Below are positions 59,052-64,000 of a stretch of DNA of 64,000 bases, piece after piece. The first letter of the stretch is position 1. Each line of letters begins with the position of its first letter. The stretch spans positions 4,576,001-4,640,000 of the forward strand of contig OY762428.1 of the NCBI GenBank assembly GCA_963665665.1, read 5' to 3'. The notes beneath the pieces are model-generated. The model did not search any database, was not told the DNA's origin, and was given only the letters and a program-made list of their open reading frames with translations. The DNA comes from Candidatus Kapaibacterium sp. Its GTDB lineage: Bacteria; Bacteroidota; Ignavibacteria; Kapaibacteriales; UBA2268. The translations under genes and the position numbers were made by a program.

Positions 59052-59476
59052 AGGAACTCCATATTATACTAACAAGTAACTATCATCGCCCTTAGTGTTC
59101 CCGGATAAATTGCCTGTATCTATAACCTTACTTTACAGTGATGTTCTTGGGTAAGCCTTTGGATCTTGTTATTATTCCGAATAATACTTTAAATGTTCGC
59201 TTTTGTTCTTTTTATTTCTTATGATTCACTGTTTCTCATTATGAAAAGACTATCAAATCATTGTTTTATTTAAGTTAATAATAAAATTTCAAAAATTAAA
59301 AAAGGAAAAATTTATTTTTGTGTCAGAAATGTTTTCAAATTTTACTATATTTATCAGGACTTTAAATTAGTAAAAAGCCAAGCGGACAATAATACCAGTA
59401 AGAATTTAGACAGAATCCCGGCCGTAAGATGAACAAAATTAATTATTTGTTGAATTTTCCACTATGGAGGCCATTC

Positions 59477-60616
59477 ATGGATTTCATGTTCACAGAAGAA
59501 CAACTCATGCTAAAAGACATGGTTGAAAAATTTGCTAAAGAAAAAATTGCGCCTGTTGCATCTGAAAATGAAAAAAATCACAAATTTCCTCGTGAAATTA
59601 TCAATGAATTAGGCGAACTTGGTATAATGGGGATAGCTTATCCGGATGAATATGGCGGTGCAGGGATGGATTTTGTATCTTATTTCCTTGCTGTGGAAGA
59701 AATTTCCCGCTGGTGTGCTTCAACTGGTGTGATAATTTCGGCTCATTCATCTCTTGTTTGCGATCCCATTTTCCGTTTTGGAACCGAAGAACAAAAGAAG
59801 AAATATCTGCCGGGGCTGCTATCAGGCCAGAAAATTGGTTCTTTTTCGCTGACTGAAGCAGGCGCAGGTTCGGATGCCGGTGCCACCAAAACTACGGCCG
59901 TCCTTGATGGTGATGAGTGGATACTAAACGGTTCAAAGCTTTTTGCGACAAATGGGGGAGAGGCTGATATTTTTGTTCTTATTGCATCCACAGAACCCTC
60001 TCAGAAGACCCGTGGCGTTTCTGCGTTTATCGTAGATTCCGATACTCCCGGCTATAGTATTGGAAAACTTGAGAAAAAACTTGGTATCAGAAGTTCTTCC
60101 ACTGCCGAAATAATTCTTGAGGATTGTCGGATTCCAAAAGAAAACCTGCTTGGAGACCTGAACAAGGGATTCAAAGTTTCTATGGTAACACTGGACGGAG
60201 GCAGGCTTGGTATAGCTTCGCAGGCTCTTGGTATTGCCCGCGCTTCAATCGAGGACGCCGTGAAATATGCGCAGGAACGTAAGCAGTTCGACCAGCCGAT
60301 AGCCAATTTCCAGGCAATTCAATGGATGCTTGCTAATATGTGGACTGAATATAATGCCGCTTACATGCTTACCTGGAAAGCTTCCAAGATGAAGGACGCA
60401 GGCGTGAATTATTCTCAGGAAGCAGCAATGGCTAAACTTAAGGCTTCTGAAGTGGCAACCTTCTGCGCCGACAGGTGCATTCAGATTCATGGCGGTTATG
60501 GCTATACCGAGGATTTCAATGCCGAGCGCTACTATCGTGATGCAAAAATTACAGAGCTATACGAAGGAACAAGTGAAATCCAGCGCCTTGTGATTGCAAG
60601 AACAATGCTAAAATAA
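59477..60616 (+). CDS. Acyl-CoA dehydrogenase (butyryl-CoA/short-chain type)
   Basis: FSLTEAGAGSDA, KKLGIRSS, LDGGRLGIA and YEGTSEIQR. Confidence 0.95.
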   Translation: MDFMFTEEQLMLKDMVEKFAKEKIAPVASENEKNHKFPREIINELGELGIMGIAYPDEYGGAGMDFVSYFLAVEEISRWCASTGVIISAHSSLVCDPIFRFGTEEQKKKYLPGLLSGQKIGSFSLTEAGAGSDAGATKTTAVLDGDEWILNGSKLFATNGGEADIFVLIASTEPSQKTRGVSAFIVDSDTPGYSIGKLEKKLGIRSSSTAEIILEDCRIPKENLLGDLNKGFKVSMVTLDGGRLGIASQALGIARASIEDAVKYAQERKQFDQPIANFQAIQWMLANMWTEYNAAYMLTWKASKMKDAGVNYSQEAAMAKLKASEVATFCADRCIQIHGGYGYTEDFNAERYYRDAKITELYEGTSEIQRLVIARTMLK

Positions 60617-60699
60617 TTATGAAAGTTAAAAGTCTTGCCGGGCGTTTTTACGTCCGGCATTTATAATTCTATCTACATTTTTTTACTTTACCGCCCGGA

Positions 60700-61383
60700 T
60701 TAGATTTTTATTCCTTCACTCAAATTTTCAAGTAAATTTTCAAAATTACCTTGTCCGATTTTATGTATCAATGATTCTGCAAGTAGATATACTTTGGTAT
60801 TTCCTGGATCGGGAAAATAATGACTACGATTAGTATCAGCGTTTTGGGCATTATTTATTGCCTTGTTGAAAAATTGTATAAAACGATATTTGTTGTATCC
60901 ACTGTTAACGATAATTGAAAGTTGATATTTTAGTTCCTTGCAATCCAAAGATTCATTAACGTCAATCTCTTCTTTTATATGGTATATTAACCAAACTTCA
61001 AAGCAAGGATTGCTGAGAGCAATATGCCAATTGTTTTTTTGCTTGCAATAATTGGCAATTTCTCTAATCTGATTTCCTTGCCATCTGTCAATATCCATAA
61101 CAAACCATAATTCGTCTTCTTCAGTTAGGCCTTCTTTTTCGATATACCTGACTGCCCGATCAAGAACCCATTTGGGTGAGGATTTAGTTTCATGAATATA
61201 ATTCATTTCTTCGTCATTTATTATATCTCCGATGATATCAATGGTTATTCTGTTTGAAATTTTCTCAAATAATTGAAAATATTCAGGTTCCCGTTTTCCA
61301 CCCTCGCATGCAATTGCAAAAAGTTTGTAATCTCTTACCAGAGGATTAATAATATCGCGGTTATAACCTCTTTTTTTACGCAT
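60700..61383 (-). CDS. RloB-family protein
   Basis: IACEG.KRE.EYF, WFVMD.D and SNPCFEVWL..H motifs. Confidence 0.88.
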   Translation of the reverse strand: MRKKRGYNRDIINPLVRDYKLFAIACEGGKREPEYFQLFEKISNRITIDIIGDIINDEEMNYIHETKSSPKWVLDRAVRYIEKEGLTEEDELWFVMDIDRWQGNQIREIANYCKQKNNWHIALSNPCFEVWLIYHIKEEIDVNESLDCKELKYQLSIIVNSGYNKYRFIQFFNKAINNAQNADTNRSHYFPDPGNTKVYLLAESLIHKIGQGNFENLLENLSEGIKI

Positions 61384-62713
61384 TTTCTTTTCTCTGATCT
61401 ACGTAATTGATATTGGATATATATGGTATCGCTCCAAAACGGCCTTTTAAATATCCTTTTCGAATATCAAGATCATATCTGGGTTTAAATTCGCTGAGTG
61501 AATAAAATTCTGTTGCGCCAGATATGACTTTTTCAGCAAACCAGATTTCATCCTGTCGGAAAATGTTAAAGTCAAGCAGATTGGATTCATGAGTAGTAAA
61601 TATTAACTGTCCTTTTGTTTCAGGAATTCCCATAATTTTCCTTATTAGATCGTATATCAGGTTTGGGTGCAAGCTTCTTTCTATTTCGTCAATGACAAAA
61701 GTAGTATTTGAATTAATGATATCATCCAATATAGGAATTAGGTCTAATAATCTAATAGTTCCGTCTGATTCTTCGGAAAGATCAAATTTGATCGGTTTAC
61801 TATTCTTGCTTGAATGGAATGTATAAATCCTTTTAACAATATTTCTGTTGTTTTCTCTCTTTAGTAAAACTGTTTCATTATTAAGAGGAAGGAGTATGTT
61901 ATTGCCATCTTCAATCTCTTTGAGTAAATGTGATTTCAAAGCAATATCTTTTTCATTGAAAAAATTATCAAAATCAATATCTTCTATGCCAAGTTCATTC
62001 ACTCCGATATCAAACATTGCAAGGTAAGAATTAATTGCATTTTTAAATTCATTTGAGCTTGTTATTGCTGGAATTAACATAGCAAATTTGCTATTTGGGA
62101 AAATAGGTTTCAAATTATTGGCTAACCAATTTCTTGAATTTGTTATTTCTTCAATTTTTAATAATTCATATTTCGAGATAAATAATTCATTAGGTTCAAC
62201 CAAATTTTCTTCCATTAATTTAAGGAGAAGTTTGTCCTTCTGAGTTTTTTTATATTTGGTAGCAAGATTTATTTTAACCTTTTTGTTTTTAGTTCCTACT
62301 CTTTCGAATACCATTTTATCTTCAGCTCCAAGGCCTGACAAATAAAGAGCTTCGTATTGTATAGTTTTGTCATCAATACTTATATTATAAGAGTATATTT
62401 TATTTTCGAAAGAAAATTCAACTTCAATTTCAATCGGTTTATTAAAATTCTCAGCTTTCAATTTATACTTTTTTTCGTTAATTGAATATTCAAGTTTTCC
62501 TCTATTTACTAAATCTGTTAGGAAATAAATTGCTTTTACAAAATTAGATTTTCCTGCCCCATTAGGTCCGTAAATTGCCGATCCCTTCAAAATATTCAAA
62601 GATTTTACTTTGTACAAATGATGACTGTGGGTTCTGTTTGAACCGGCTATCATATTAAATTCACATTCGTTGTCAAATGAAAGAAAGTTTGATATAATAA
62701 ATCTTATCAGCAT
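61376..62713 (-). CDS. AAA_21/AbiEii-like ATPase (RloA-like)
   Basis: NFLSF, IYGPNGAGKSN, ESDGT.RL, IDEIERSLHP, QLIFTTH, RQDEIWF and YL.GRFGAIP. Confidence 0.9.
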   Translation of the reverse strand: MLIRFIISNFLSFDNECEFNMIAGSNRTHSHHLYKVKSLNILKGSAIYGPNGAGKSNFVKAIYFLTDLVNRGKLEYSINEKKYKLKAENFNKPIEIEVEFSFENKIYSYNISIDDKTIQYEALYLSGLGAEDKMVFERVGTKNKKVKINLATKYKKTQKDKLLLKLMEENLVEPNELFISKYELLKIEEITNSRNWLANNLKPIFPNSKFAMLIPAITSSNEFKNAINSYLAMFDIGVNELGIEDIDFDNFFNEKDIALKSHLLKEIEDGNNILLPLNNETVLLKRENNRNIVKRIYTFHSSKNSKPIKFDLSEESDGTIRLLDLIPILDDIINSNTTFVIDEIERSLHPNLIYDLIRKIMGIPETKGQLIFTTHESNLLDFNIFRQDEIWFAEKVISGATEFYSLSEFKPRYDLDIRKGYLKGRFGAIPYISNINYVDQRKENA

Positions 62714-62967
62714 AATATTATTCAGATTATTCGAAATATTCTCTATATATTTACAATAATAGTTAAATTTTGTATAAAATACAAGATGTATTGGAGAAAA
62801 TGACGTATTATATTAGTGTTTAATTTAATTAATGTTTAATCTATAGCTTTTGTTTCTGGTTAGTTCATTTTTAATTTAGAAATAAACGGATGAGATATAA
62901 AATTAAATTGCATAGATAAAAAATGAACTTATCCATTATCTGAAATTTGTTAGAGAAGTGATAGATA

Positions 62968-63534
62968 TCATAACCCGATCTCTTCACGGACTGTTTTCAT
63001 ACCGTCAATGGTATGCTGGATTAGTTCGGGTAGTTCCATACCAAGCATCTCAGCGCCTTTAAGGATTATTTCCCTGTTAGCCCCGGCGGCAAAGGATTTC
63101 TGCTTCCATTTTTTCTTCACGGATTTTACTGTCAGGTCTTCTATGCTTTTCGAAGGCCTGACCAGTGCGCATGCTGTGATAAGGCCTGTTAGTTCGTCAA
63201 TGGCGTAGAGAGTCTTTTCGAGTGTTGTCTTTGGTTCAACATCAGTTACTATACCCCAGCCGTGCGAAAGTATTGCCCTGATATATTCCTCATCCCAACC
63301 TGCATCTTCCAGAATTTCTTTTGTTTTTTCGCAATGCTGCTCGGGATACATCTCGTAATCAAGGTCATGAACCAGGCCAATAGTACCCCATTTGTCTGGT
63401 TCTTCACCATTTTTTTCAGCAAAATATCTCATCACTGCTTCTACTGATTTTCCGTGATTTATCAGAGATTCGGTTTTGTTATATTTCAGAAATAATTCCA
63501 TCGCTTCATTACGGTCGGGTATATGTGTACTCAT
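62968..63534 (-). CDS. HD-domain (HDIG-type) hydrolase
   Basis: H...VEAVMR, GLVHDLDYE, ILSH and DELTGLI.A.ALVRPSK. Confidence 0.88.
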   Translation of the reverse strand: MSTHIPDRNEAMELFLKYNKTESLINHGKSVEAVMRYFAEKNGEEPDKWGTIGLVHDLDYEMYPEQHCEKTKEILEDAGWDEEYIRAILSHGWGIVTDVEPKTTLEKTLYAIDELTGLITACALVRPSKSIEDLTVKSVKKKWKQKSFAAGANREIILKGAEMLGMELPELIQHTIDGMKTVREEIGL

Positions 63535-63541
63535 GATAATC

Positions 63542-64000
63542 CTATAGTTTAATAATAAAGTCAACAACAGTCTCGCCAAATTTCTTTGTCCTCAACAGTT
63601 CAAATCCTTCGGGAATAAGAACAGTTTCACGTATATCGTGCTCGGCAACGAACAGAGATTCGGGTAGCAACAATTCATCATTTTTAATATTGTCCAGAAG
63701 TTTGTTTATCATCTTCGCAGCATAAGGCGGATCAGTAAAAATCAGTCGGGGAGAAAATTCCGGCATTTTCTTCTTAATCTTTGCAGGGAATAGAATAGCA
63801 TCCATTGTAAAAATTCTGAAATTGCTTTTATCGACTTTAAGAGCTTCAAGGTTTTTTATGATTTCGCCTGCGGTTTTCCTGCTTTTTTCCACGAAACAAC
63901 AGAATTCAGCGCCCCTGCTCAGTGCTTCAATTCCAAGCGCTCCCGTACCGGCACAAAGATCAGCAATTTCAATTCCGTCAATATCAATATAATTGAGAAG
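63542..64000 (-). CDS. rsmD: 16S rRNA m2G966 methyltransferase (5' end outside the window)
   Basis: DLCAGTGALGIEALSRGA, DPPY and K.FGET.V motifs. Confidence 0.9.
   Translation of the reverse strand, partial: LLNYIDIDGIEIADLCAGTGALGIEALSRGAEFCCFVEKSRKTAGEIIKNLEALKVDKSNFRIFTMDAILFPAKIKKKMPEFSPRLIFTDPPYAAKMINKLLDNIKNDELLLPESLFVAEHDIRETVLIPEGFELLRTKKFGETVVDFIIKL

Overview
64 kb of a low-GC (roughly 35-40% by eye) chromosome from the Bacteroidota/Chlorobi/Ignavibacteria-Kapabacteria group. The assignment is inferred from T9SS C-terminal sorting domains, HmuY proteins, a DUF4835 gene and TAnnTTTG promoters alongside Shine-Dalgarno use. Housekeeping genes include ccmE/ccmF/TlpA, murC, argD, serA-DUF1015, rpsA, cinA, tsaD, tRNA-Ser(TGA), mutAB, a Lol-like ABC operon, two acyl-CoA dehydrogenases and rsmD. 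Accessory content includes an intact IS3-family element, three toxin-antitoxin pairs (one frameshifted), a RloA/RloB-like defence pair and many palindromic REP-like repeats of several families. The most notable items are: (1) two mutually inverted 21-bp tandem arrays between REPs at about 12.8-14.1 kb, with a degenerate relative at about 50.9 kb upstream of an A-depleted FN3-domain gene; (2) a His-rich RAPP-motif putative ribosome-arrest leader heading a T9SS-secreted double-HmuY / TonB receptor / HmuY lipoprotein operon; (3) a cassette-like array of T9SS beta-propeller paralogs, each closed by the same ~88-bp double-hairpin, with variation concentrated in loops; and (4) an archaeal-type HMG-CoA synthase/thiolase/DUF35 operon whose DUF35 subunit has lost all four zinc-ribbon cysteines. 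All calls come from reading the sequence and the ORF track; no database searches were run.
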